A stretch of 32,140 nucleotides of DNA. Origin: Granulosicoccus sp. (GTDB taxonomy: Bacteria > Pseudomonadota > Gammaproteobacteria > Pseudomonadales > Natronospirillaceae). The notes beneath the pieces are model-generated. The model made no database searches. It was given only the letters and a program-made list of their open reading frames with translations, and was not told the DNA's origin. This document shows positions 1-8,321 of the stretch, piece after piece. The stretch lies in NCBI GenBank assembly GCA_047618105.1, contig JBLHFL010000001.1:1-32140 (forward strand), in the 5' to 3' direction. Position 1 is the stretch's first letter. Every line of letters starts with the position of its first letter. The position numbers and the translations under genes are program-made.

Positions 1-277
1 TTATGGGCATGGTCCGCCGTTGCCCCAAATCATCCTGGCGCGCCGCATTGCTAAGTTCAAGCCAGCTAAGAGAACATTCGCTGAGCAAAAACTGGGGCCA
101 GCGTCTCAATCAATTCCATCGCCCCCTCTCGGCCTCTTAGCGGGTTCAGCACAACATTGGCATGGGAACGTTGGCGAACAGTGTTAATGGCATGCGCCAC
201 GATGCTGACCGGAATCACCTCGGTAATGCGCTGGACATCACCGCGCAGGCAAAATCAACCCCATCAACAAATAGGCA

Positions 278-306
278 TTGCATTAAGTTACGCCCCTGGC
301 TAGTGT
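278..306 (+). promoter_or_regulatory. sigma70-type promoter of the ABC/GntR operon
   Basis: TTGCAT (278-283), 17-nt spacer, TAGTGT (301-306), 32 nt upstream of the ATG at 339. Confidence 0.6.
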
Positions 307-324
307 ACTAGGAATCTAATACAC
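303..324. promoter_or_regulatory. YtrA-family (GntR) operator
   Basis: Inverted repeat GTGTACTAG-gaat-CTAATACAC (one mismatch) overlapping the -10 element; resembles the B. subtilis YtrA box AGTGTA-N13-TACACT; a YtrA-type regulator is in the operon. Confidence 0.7.
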
Positions 325-338
325 ATGATGGCAGACAG

Positions 339-1178
339 ATGATACAACTCTCCAATCTCGGATTCGAATACGGTGCCAAGGCGGCCGTTTTTAGGGGTCT
401 AAACCTGACCATTCCGGCCGGCCGCAGTGTCGGCATACTCGGCGCCAATGGCGTCGGTAAGACCACCCTGATTAAGTTACTCGCTGGTCTGCTCAGCCCA
501 ACCGAGGGTGCGGTGGCGGTGCTCGAGCGTACGCCGCGGCGGCGCGAGACCGCGCTCTATCAAGACCTCTATCTGGTGCCGGAAGAAAATGCCTTACCGG
601 CGATCAGCGCAGTTGCCTATATCAAACGTTTCAGTGTTTTTTACCCCAAATTCGATCACCGCCAATGCACCGAGCTATTGGCCCGGCTCAGTGTCGACGA
701 CGGCAAAAAGCTCACCGCGCTGTCGCTCGGGCAGCGCAAGAAATTCATCATCGCCTTTGCGCTATCCACCGGTGCTCAGGTGCTGTTGATGGATGAACCG
801 ACCAATGGCCTGGATATACCGTCCAAGGCGTTGTTTCGCGAGTCCGTCATTGCCCACCAAACGGCCGAACAGACCGTGCTGATTTGCACCCACCAGGTGC
901 GCGACCTGGAATCGATTATCGACTCGGTGGTGATGATGAATGAAGGGTCGGCGCATTGGTTTGATCTGGCCGAACTGCCCAATTACATTAGCCAGGTACA
1001 CGGCCCGGTTACCTCTGGCACGGTGTTGCACTCGGAGTTGCGGCTGGGCAGTCCGGTCTCACTGGTGGCCGGAGGCCACGAGCAGCCGACCGAGATCGAT
1101 TTGGAACTGCTCTTCAATGCTTTTGATCAAAATTATCCCGGCCTGATGGCGGCCGTAGCGCAGGAGCCACGGCTATGA
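339..1178 (+). CDS. ABC transporter ATP-binding protein (YtrB-like exporter ATPase)
   Basis: Walker A GANGVGKT, signature LSLGQ, Walker B LLMDEP, H-loop THQ. Confidence 0.95.
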   Translation: MIQLSNLGFEYGAKAAVFRGLNLTIPAGRSVGILGANGVGKTTLIKLLAGLLSPTEGAVAVLERTPRRRETALYQDLYLVPEENALPAISAVAYIKRFSVFYPKFDHRQCTELLARLSVDDGKKLTALSLGQRKKFIIAFALSTGAQVLLMDEPTNGLDIPSKALFRESVIAHQTAEQTVLICTHQVRDLESIIDSVVMMNEGSAHWFDLAELPNYISQVHGPVTSGTVLHSELRLGSPVSLVAGGHEQPTEIDLELLFNAFDQNYPGLMAAVAQEPRL

Positions 1179-1969
1179 ACCCCACTCGTGTATACCAACT
1201 GATCCTCGCCAAACAGGGCTCCAAACCCCAGCGGGTGATCCGCGATATCGGCCTGACCTGGCTGATCGCGACGGCCGTGGTGCTAATGGTCCACATCAGT
1301 TCGGTCGGTACCTTTACCGATTACTCGGGCATCTTCGCCTTCGCGCTGCTCTTTATGGCCCAATTGGAGTTGGGCAACCATACCTTCGATGAATATAAGC
1401 AGGCAGGCTCTGCCGCCCAATGGTTAATGCTGCCCGCCGACCCGTTCGAGAAGTGGTTGAGCAGCTTCCTGACCAGCTTTCTAGTGGTGCTGATTTTTTT
1501 GCTGGTGCTGTCGGTCTCAACGCTAACGGCCAATCTGTTGGTGGGCCTGTTTGGCTGGGGCAACTTGGTGCCGATCTTTAATCCCGTCGGGTTGGAGGCG
1601 CTGCAGTTATTTAAGCTCTACGTCTGGCTCCATCCGTTGTTATTTTTCAGTGCTATTTATTTTAAAAAACGGCCGATGATAAAAATCTTTGGCGCCCTAT
1701 CATTGCTGTTGATTGTCTGGCTGTTCTACACCGCTGCCTTGGTGAACTGGCTGCTCGGCGATCTCATCAACGCCACCATTGCCAACTTTGAAACCCAGGT
1801 GCTTAATGGCGATGCCATCCATATCGGCAAATTCCTGGCGCTGCGCAGTACCGGGTTAGAGTTCACCTCGAGCCTCTTTACCCAGGTCGGCAGCAGTCTG
1901 CTAAGCGTTCTCTATTTTGGCTTTTTCTGGGGCCTGTCTTACCTACGCTTTAAGGAGTTGGAGCTATGA
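1175..1969 (+). CDS. ABC-2-type membrane permease (about 6 TM segments)
   Basis: Multiple hydrophobic segments, 'LMLPADPFEKWLS' loop typical of these permeases, ATGA coupling to the ATPase. Confidence 0.8.
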   Translation: MNPTRVYQLILAKQGSKPQRVIRDIGLTWLIATAVVLMVHISSVGTFTDYSGIFAFALLFMAQLELGNHTFDEYKQAGSAAQWLMLPADPFEKWLSSFLTSFLVVLIFLLVLSVSTLTANLLVGLFGWGNLVPIFNPVGLEALQLFKLYVWLHPLLFFSAIYFKKRPMIKIFGALSLLLIVWLFYTAALVNWLLGDLINATIANFETQVLNGDAIHIGKFLALRSTGLEFTSSLFTQVGSSLLSVLYFGFFWGLSYLRFKELEL

Positions 1970-2337
1970 TTCAATTTGACTCCGCCAGTACCATCTACTT
2001 ACAGGTGGCCGACTTTATGACCGAGCAGATTCTCACCGAAGCATGGCCCGAACAGGAACGCATCCCGTCGATCCGGGAGCTTGCCGCGCTGGTCCAGGTC
2101 AATCCCAATACGGTGATGCGCTCGTTCGCCTACTTGCAGGACAACGACATTATTTCCAATCGGCGGGGGGTCGGCTATTTCGTCAATGAGCACGGCAAGC
2201 AGACCGTTCAGGCGTTAAAAAAAGTGGCTTTTATTGACGCCAAACTGCCGCGTATCTTCCATGAGGCCGCCCTATTGGCGGTCACCCCAAATGAATTACG
2301 TGAACTGTATAACCAGTTTTTAGGGAGCCAAGCATGA
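1966..2337 (+). CDS. GntR family transcriptional regulator, YtrA subfamily
   Basis: 123 aa; IYLQVAD...IPSIRELA...VNPNTVMR...RGVGYFV winged HTH with a very short C-terminal domain. Confidence 0.93.
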   Translation: MIQFDSASTIYLQVADFMTEQILTEAWPEQERIPSIRELAALVQVNPNTVMRSFAYLQDNDIISNRRGVGYFVNEHGKQTVQALKKVAFIDAKLPRIFHEAALLAVTPNELRELYNQFLGSQA

Positions 2338-2459
2338 CTTCTGTAAGCCTTGCCATACGCCGGATGAAACTCACCAACAAGATCCTCGCCGCCACCCTGC
2401 TGAGCCTCTTTGTGGCCACCGCCGCGGCGCTGATCTGGTTGAGATTGAGCGGCATTTAG
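2334..2459 (+). CDS. 41-aa single-TM small protein MTSVSLAIRRMKLTNKILAATLLSLFVATAAALIWLRLSGI (not in the ORF track)
   Basis: ATGA overlap with the GntR stop, as at the two upstream junctions; GGAG at 2324-2327; basic N-terminus plus ~20-aa hydrophobic stretch; TAG at 2457-2459. Confidence 0.55.
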   Translation: MTSVSLAIRRMKLTNKILAATLLSLFVATAAALIWLRLSGI

Positions 2460-3430
2460 TTCGCCGTCAAATAGTGCACCGAAAACAGCTGCTGCGCGTC
2501 GGTATAGCAGTGCGTGCAGTCGAAGCCGCCATTGCGCGCCAGCAACTGAAACGATTCGAGCGAATACTTGTAGGAGTTTTCGGTGTGAATGCTCTCCCGT
2601 TCGGCAAAGGCAAAACGCCGACCCTCGATCTGAATGTCCTGCTGCACCGTGGAGATCAGATGCATCTCGATGCGCGACCGTTCAACGTTATAGATCGCCC
2701 GATGACAGAAGGTGTCCAGATCCAGATCGGTCTGATAAGTATTTTGGATACGCTGTAATAAATTCATATTGAAGGCGGCCGTTACCCCTTGAGCATCGTT
2801 ATAGGCGGCCAATATGCGTTCAGCCGGTTTCACCAGGTCGACCCCGATCAAGAGGGCATCGCCCTCGCCCAACAAGGCGCGAATGTGTTTGATAAAGTGG
2901 ATCGCCGCCTGGGGCTCAAAATTACTGATCGTCGAGCCGGGAAAAAACACCAGCTTTTTATGCTCGGATTGGTGGCTAAATTGCTCGGGCAATTGGATCG
3001 GTGACAGGTAATCGGCCACCACGGGAAACACCGCCAGCTCGGGATACTGTTGCGCTAACTGCGCTGAGCTGGCGAGCAAAATTTCTTCGCTGATGTCGAT
3101 TGGGATATAGGTGCGCGGCGAACTGAGGGCCTCGATCAACTTGCGGATTTTGATCCCGGCACCGGAGCCGAACTCCAAAATATCGGCATGAGGCCCAATA
3201 TATTGCGCGACCTCCGGCAAGGCGCGCGCCAAAATCGCCAGTTCCGTTCGAGTGTGGTAATACTCCGGCGTCTGACAAATTTGGTCGAACAGTTGCGAGC
3301 CCTTCTCATCGTAAAAATATTTGCACGGCAGAGTTTTTTGGCCAACGGCCGACCAACCGGCAAAGATATCTTGCAGAAACAGATCGTCCTGGTTGACCTG
3401 CGTTTGACGGTGAATATTGAGGTCAGTCAT
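2456..3430 (-). CDS. egtD: L-histidine N-alpha-trimethyltransferase (ergothioneine biosynthesis)
   Basis: KYFYDEKGSQLF, EYYxTRTE, SAM motif EFGSG, GSTISNF, IHTENSYKY; overlaps egtB by 8 nt. Confidence 0.93.
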   Translation of the reverse strand: MTDLNIHRQTQVNQDDLFLQDIFAGWSAVGQKTLPCKYFYDEKGSQLFDQICQTPEYYHTRTELAILARALPEVAQYIGPHADILEFGSGAGIKIRKLIEALSSPRTYIPIDISEEILLASSAQLAQQYPELAVFPVVADYLSPIQLPEQFSHQSEHKKLVFFPGSTISNFEPQAAIHFIKHIRALLGEGDALLIGVDLVKPAERILAAYNDAQGVTAAFNMNLLQRIQNTYQTDLDLDTFCHRAIYNVERSRIEMHLISTVQQDIQIEGRRFAFAERESIHTENSYKYSLESFQLLARNGGFDCTHCYTDAQQLFSVHYLTAN

Positions 3431-4742
3431 CCTTTGCCATCCTTATGCCACTAAATTGCCAACGGGTCGCGGCCGGGAAAAAATTCCGATAGCTCGCGCG
3501 AATATGGTTCGGTGGCGTAATGCAGGAACCGCCACGCAGTACAAACTGATTGCTCATAAACTTGCCATTGTACTCACCCACCGCGCCGGCTTCCGGCCGG
3601 TAACCGGGATAGGGCTGGTACTGCGATTGGGTCCATTGCCAGAGGCAATTATAGAGCTGATCCGCTGACTGGGACTGCGGCTGGGGGGCCAGGATGGTCG
3701 GGTCATAAACCGAGTCCGACGGCTCGACCCGGGCCGCCGCATGCTCCCATTCGAATTCCGTGGCCAAGCGGCAGCCACACCACTGTGCGTAGGCCATGGC
3801 TTCAAACAGGCTAATATGGCGCACCGGCGCATGCGGATCGAGCGCGTGCAGCCCGGCCAAACTGTATTGCCACCATTGCTCGGCGCGGCGTAACCAATAG
3901 AGCGGTTGGCTGATCTGTTCTCGACACCGCCACGCCCAACCCTCTGACAGCCAATGCAGTGGCTCGTTGTAGCCACCGGCATCGATAAAGGCCGCGTATT
4001 CGCCATTGGTGACCAAGCGATCGGCTAGAGCAAAGGGGTACAGGCGCACCTGGTGCCGGGGTGACTCATTGTCGAAGCGAAAGCTTGGTGAATCGTCGAA
4101 GCGAAAGCTTGGTGAATCGTCGACGTGGACGTCCGATGCATCGCCTGGTGCGGGCGCACCAATCTCGACCAAACCGCCCGGGAAAGGCCACCAGCCGAGC
4201 GCGGCGACCGGGGCAAAGGCCTGTACCGGCAGGGTCACCGCCGGGTAGAGCGGATTGATTGAAAACAGATGTTGAAGGTCGGTAATCAACAGCTCTTGGT
4301 GCTGTTCTTCGTGCGCTAAGCCGAGCGGCAATAAAGTGTCCAGGCTATTGAGCAGTTCGGGGCTCAATTGGCTCAGCAGCTGGGTCATATGCTTGTCGAC
4401 ATGGTGCCGATAGGCCAGCACCTCACTCGCGCCGGGGCGGGTAATCGCGCCCCGTTGGGCGCGCGGAAACTGCTCGCCGATGCTGTTGTAATAGGAGTTA
4501 AACAGATATTCAAAAGCGGGATCGAACGCCGAATAGCCGGGTAAATTGGGTTTCAGTACAAAGGTTTCAAAGAACCAGCTGGTGTGCGCCAGATGCCACT
4601 TCACCGGGCTGGCATCGGGCATCGATTGCGCCGTTTGATCGGCTTCACTCAGGGGTTTAACCAGGGTCTCGGTCCGCTCACGCGCCTTCTGATAGGCTGC
4701 GAGCCATGGACCGCTTGCGTTAGCGACGCGCCGTGCTGTCAT
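3423..4742 (-). CDS. egtB: Non-heme iron sulfoxide synthase (hercynine oxygenase), ergothioneine biosynthesis
   Basis: SPVKWHLAH and HEEQHQE iron-binding histidines (DinB domain), FNSYY motif, FGE-sulfatase C-terminal domain (EYNGKFM, LRGGS, RASYRNFF); AAGGAG RBS. Confidence 0.93.
   Translation of the reverse strand: MTARRVANASGPWLAAYQKARERTETLVKPLSEADQTAQSMPDASPVKWHLAHTSWFFETFVLKPNLPGYSAFDPAFEYLFNSYYNSIGEQFPRAQRGAITRPGASEVLAYRHHVDKHMTQLLSQLSPELLNSLDTLLPLGLAHEEQHQELLITDLQHLFSINPLYPAVTLPVQAFAPVAALGWWPFPGGLVEIGAPAPGDASDVHVDDSPSFRFDDSPSFRFDNESPRHQVRLYPFALADRLVTNGEYAAFIDAGGYNEPLHWLSEGWAWRCREQISQPLYWLRRAEQWWQYSLAGLHALDPHAPVRHISLFEAMAYAQWCGCRLATEFEWEHAAARVEPSDSVYDPTILAPQPQSQSADQLYNCLWQWTQSQYQPYPGYRPEAGAVGEYNGKFMSNQFVLRGGSCITPPNHIRASYRNFFPAATRWQFSGIRMAKDD
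4071..4123. repeat. Perfect 24-bp in-frame tandem duplication inside egtB
   Basis: gtcgaagcgaaagcttggtgaatc at 4071-4094 and 4095-4118 plus gtcga; protein reads DDSPSFRF-DDSPSFRF. Confidence 0.97.
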
Positions 4743-4950
4743 CGGATATCTCCTTACGACCTGTTGCCGTAACTATTATTTTTGTCGATTGGATAAAGCG
4801 CCTTCGGCTCCGTCACACCCCAAATACCCCGGCCGCCCAAGCAAGATGACCGGTTATTTGCTGCGTTCGGCTAGCCGGTATGACCATTGTCCGTTGCCGG
4901 CACATGGGCCACACGAGAATGGCCTCGTTCGTGATGCGATGACCTAATAT

Positions 4951-5100
4951 AAGCACAGGCTGAGGGCTAATCAACCATCGCGCGCCACTGCATCGACGCC
5001 GGGTAACGTAACTGCGTGTCTAACCTGAAGGAGTGCCGGCGAACTAGCCTATTGGCCGCGCGAGTCGATCGGGCTTTTCAGACCCTGAATTCTGTGTTTT
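4951..5100 (+). ncRNA. Candidate structured leader RNA upstream of the deaminase (unassigned)
   Basis: Five colinear nested helices found by eye (see findings); several G-U pairs favour the + strand. Confidence 0.35.
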
Positions 5101-5128
5101 GATCGCGCCAAACCAACGGAACTCTACG

Positions 5129-6487
5129 ATGACGCAAACCATCTGGATTAAAAATCCACGCGCGGTCTTTACCGCCAACGCCCAAGATGCCCGCGGCGGT
5201 ATCCTGATTCGCGGCACGACCATTGTCGAATTGGTCGCGCTCGGCGCGCAGCCGGTTGCGGCCGTCGATCAAGAATTCGATGCCACGGATCTGGTGTTGC
5301 TGCCCGGCCTGGTCAATACCCACCATCATCTCTACCAAACCCTAACCCGGGCGGTGCCGGCGGCGCTTAACAAGCGGTTATTTCCCTGGCTAAAAACCCT
5401 CTACCCGATTTGGGCCGGCTTGCAGCCGGAGATGTTGCACAGCGCGACCCAGTTGGGCCTGGCCGAACTGCTCCTGTCCGGCTGCACGACCGTGGCCGAT
5501 CATCATTATCTGTTCCCGCTGGCGTTGACCGAGGCCATCGATATCCAGGTTGAGGCGGCCGCACAGATGGGCTCGCGGGTTGTGCTCACGCGCGGTTCGA
5601 TGAGCTTGGGTGAACGGGATGGCGGTCTGCCGCCGCAGTCGACGGTGCAAACCGATGAGCAGATTCTGCGCGACTGCGAGCGGGTCATCACGCGCTTTCA
5701 CCAAAGGGGTGCCGGCGCCATGGTGCAGATAGCGCTGGCGCCCTGCTCACCCTTTTCGGTTACCTCCGAACTGATGCGGCAAACCGCCGCGTTGGCCAAA
5801 CAACGCGGCGTGATGTTGCATACCCACCTGGCCGAGACCTTCGATGAGAATGCGTTTTGCCTGCAGATGTTTGGTTTGCGGCCGCTCGATTATCTGGAGT
5901 CGGTCGACTGGCTACACGAGCGCACCTGGTTGGCGCACGGCATCCACTTTAACGATGCGGAGATTCAGCGCATGGGCGCGGCGCGCATCGGGGTGAGCCA
6001 TTGTCCCAGTTCCAATATGGTGCTCGCCTCGGGCATAGCCCGTACGAAAGAGATGGAGGCGGCTGGGGTTAAGGTAGGTCTGGGCGTCGATGGCTCGGCG
6101 TCCAATGACGGCTCCAACCTGATACAAGAAGTGCGTCAGGCGTTATTGATTGGCCGATTGCGTTATCAGGCCGATGAGGTCAGCCATCTGGATGCTCTGC
6201 GTTGGGCCACCAAGGGCTCGGCCCAAGTCTTGAATCGCGACGATATAGGCGAGCTGGCGGTGGGTAAACAGGCCGATCTGGCGCTCTTTTCGCTCGCGGA
6301 GGCACGTTTCTCCGGCGCCCACGATGCCCTCGCGGCCTTGGTGCTGTGCGGGGCTCATCGCGCCGAACATGTTATGGTTGCCGGCCGCTGGCGGGTGACC
6401 GATCACCGCCTTGTCGATCAAGACTTGGACACCATCCAACGCAGACATCGACACCAGGCCGAGCAACTGCTCAAGCAGCAGGGCTAA
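5129..6487 (+). CDS. 8-oxoguanine deaminase-like amidohydrolase
   Basis: PGLVNTHHHLYQ, PCSPFS, HTHLAE, HCPSSNM, GVDGSASND motifs; start moved to MTQTIWIKNP at 5129. Confidence 0.85.
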   Translation: MTQTIWIKNPRAVFTANAQDARGGILIRGTTIVELVALGAQPVAAVDQEFDATDLVLLPGLVNTHHHLYQTLTRAVPAALNKRLFPWLKTLYPIWAGLQPEMLHSATQLGLAELLLSGCTTVADHHYLFPLALTEAIDIQVEAAAQMGSRVVLTRGSMSLGERDGGLPPQSTVQTDEQILRDCERVITRFHQRGAGAMVQIALAPCSPFSVTSELMRQTAALAKQRGVMLHTHLAETFDENAFCLQMFGLRPLDYLESVDWLHERTWLAHGIHFNDAEIQRMGAARIGVSHCPSSNMVLASGIARTKEMEAAGVKVGLGVDGSASNDGSNLIQEVRQALLIGRLRYQADEVSHLDALRWATKGSAQVLNRDDIGELAVGKQADLALFSLAEARFSGAHDALAALVLCGAHRAEHVMVAGRWRVTDHRLVDQDLDTIQRRHRHQAEQLLKQQG

Positions 6488-6702
6488 GGCCAAGGCCAGA
6501 CAGCCGCGCAGTCGGCGTGCAACACACTCCGCTATTGGCTGCGGACTAATGGACTATGGAGAATTTCGCTACATTGGAGGATGATGCACGTCAGATTTGC
6601 ACCATACCAAACCATTGTTCGCAGGTTTTGTACTTAACGGTTATTCAAAACCAAATAGCACCCTTGGCACGTTCCTTATTTCGATTCAACGAGACTCAGA
6701 CT

Positions 6703-8154
6703 ATGACCATAAATCCTGAACTGTTCGCCACCGAATCCTATGTCGATGGCCAATGGCTGGCCAGCAGCACACGTTTTGATGTCACCAATCCGGCCACCGG
6801 CGAGTTACTGGCCCAGATCGCCGACGGGACCGTCGCGACGGCCGAACAGGCTGTGGCCGCGGCCAAACGCGCCTTGCCCGCCTGGCGCGCAAAATCCGCC
6901 AATGAGCGCGCCATCCTGCTGCGTCGCTGGCACGACCTAATGATCCAATACAAGGCCGATCTGGCACTGATCATGACCTTAGAACAGGGTAAGCCGCTGG
7001 CCGAGGCCACTGCTGAAGTCGGCTACGGTGCCTCCTTTGTTGAATGGTTTGCCGAAGAAGCCAAGCGCGTCTACGGCGAGACCATCCCCAGCCCGTCTGC
7101 GGACCGACGCTATGTGGTGATTAAGCAGCCGGTTGGCGTGGTTGCGGCCATTACCCCCTGGAACTTTCCCAACTCGATGATCACCCGTAAGGCCGCACCC
7201 GCCCTCGCCGCCGGCTGCACCTTTGTGATTCGACCCGCATCCGAGACGCCCCTATCCGCCCTAGCGCTGGCCAAGCTGGCCGAAATGGCTGGCATCCCAG
7301 CAGGGGTATTCAATATCGTAGTCGGCAGCGACGCGCGCGGCATTGGCAAGGTATTAACCGAAAGCCCGGATGTCGCTAAATTTTCCTTTACCGGTTCCAC
7401 CCCGGTCGGCAAGTTGCTGATCGCTCAGGCGGCTAGCACGGTCAAGAAAGTCTCCATGGAGTTGGGCGGTAACGCGCCCTTTATCGTCTTCGACGATGCC
7501 GATATCGATGCCGCCGTGAAGGGCGCAATGATGTCGAAATACCGCAACGCCGGGCAAACCTGCGTGTGCACCAATAGATTCCTGGTGCAGGACAGTGTTT
7601 ACGATGTCTTCGTCGAGAAACTGACCGCAGCGGTGCAGCAACTTACGGTCGGCAACGGCATGGCCGAGGGCACGATTATTGGCCCACTAATCCACCCCCA
7701 GGCGATGGCCGAGATCGACCGTAAGGTTCAGGCCTCGGTCGCCCTGGGCGCCCAGGTAGTTACCGGTGGCGCGCCGCATGCATTGGGCGGCTCATTCTAT
7801 CAGCCCACTGTATTGACCCAGGTAACCAACGATATGCCGATCGCCAAACTGGAGATTTTCGGCCCGGTCTCGGCGGTGATGAAGTTCAGCCGCGAAGCAG
7901 AAGCCATCGCGATCGCCAATGACACCGAATTCGGTTTGGCGGCCTACTTTTACGCCCGTGATATCGGCCGCATCTGGCGCGTTGCCGAGGCCCTGGAATA
8001 CGGCATGGTGGGTATTAACGAAGGCATTATCTCCAATACCGCAGCACCCTTCGGCGGCATGAAGTCATCCGGCCTGGGTCGTGAAGGCTCCAAACACGGT
8101 ATCGACGAATACCTGGAAATTAAATACCTGTGCATGGGCGGCCTAGACAGCTGA
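6703..8154 (+). CDS. gabD: NAD(P)-dependent succinate-semialdehyde dehydrogenase
   Basis: ITPWNFP, FTGST, SMELGGNAP, YRNAGQTCVC, EIFGP, GREGSKHGIDEYLE; start at MTINPE (6703). Confidence 0.92.
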   Translation: MTINPELFATESYVDGQWLASSTRFDVTNPATGELLAQIADGTVATAEQAVAAAKRALPAWRAKSANERAILLRRWHDLMIQYKADLALIMTLEQGKPLAEATAEVGYGASFVEWFAEEAKRVYGETIPSPSADRRYVVIKQPVGVVAAITPWNFPNSMITRKAAPALAAGCTFVIRPASETPLSALALAKLAEMAGIPAGVFNIVVGSDARGIGKVLTESPDVAKFSFTGSTPVGKLLIAQAASTVKKVSMELGGNAPFIVFDDADIDAAVKGAMMSKYRNAGQTCVCTNRFLVQDSVYDVFVEKLTAAVQQLTVGNGMAEGTIIGPLIHPQAMAEIDRKVQASVALGAQVVTGGAPHALGGSFYQPTVLTQVTNDMPIAKLEIFGPVSAVMKFSREAEAIAIANDTEFGLAAYFYARDIGRIWRVAEALEYGMVGINEGIISNTAAPFGGMKSSGLGREGSKHGIDEYLEIKYLCMGGLDS

Positions 8155-8321
8155 ACCATTAGAAATACCAAGCATTGCAACGCACCGGGGTCGCCGCGAT
8201 AGCTCGCGGCATGGCTAATATCTATAACGTTTAGGTCTCGCAGGCGCTCACTGCGCAGATGTGGGACGTGGATAGCGATTGAGCTAGTGCGCAGCGTTGC
8301 CGCCGACAGGAGGTAAGATCA

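Noticed and set aside
4071-4123. CRISPR-like repeat
   Set aside because: Copies are directly adjacent with no spacers, lie in frame within egtB, and no cas genes are present
3423-4742. Selenoneine (SenA) or ovothiol (OvoA) synthase instead of EgtB
   Set aside because: No senB/senC(selD) neighbours and no C-terminal methyltransferase domain; NSYY motif and egtD coupling fit EgtB
6665-6680. sigma54 promoter for gabD (TGGCACG)
   Set aside because: The -12 element reads TTAT instead of TTGC, losing the essential GC
6556-6702. N-terminal extensions in the ORF track (gabD, hypF, hypC, hypD, hypE, gamma subunit, spuB-like, speB, ybiT)
   Set aside because: Family homology, RBS positions and ATGA coupling point to the downstream starts used above
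8155-8321. Attachment site or terminator at the left border of the hydrogenase block
   Set aside because: The hairpin GCCGCGA-tagc-TCGCGGC lacks a U-tract, and I found no matching direct repeat at the right border, no tRNA and no integrase
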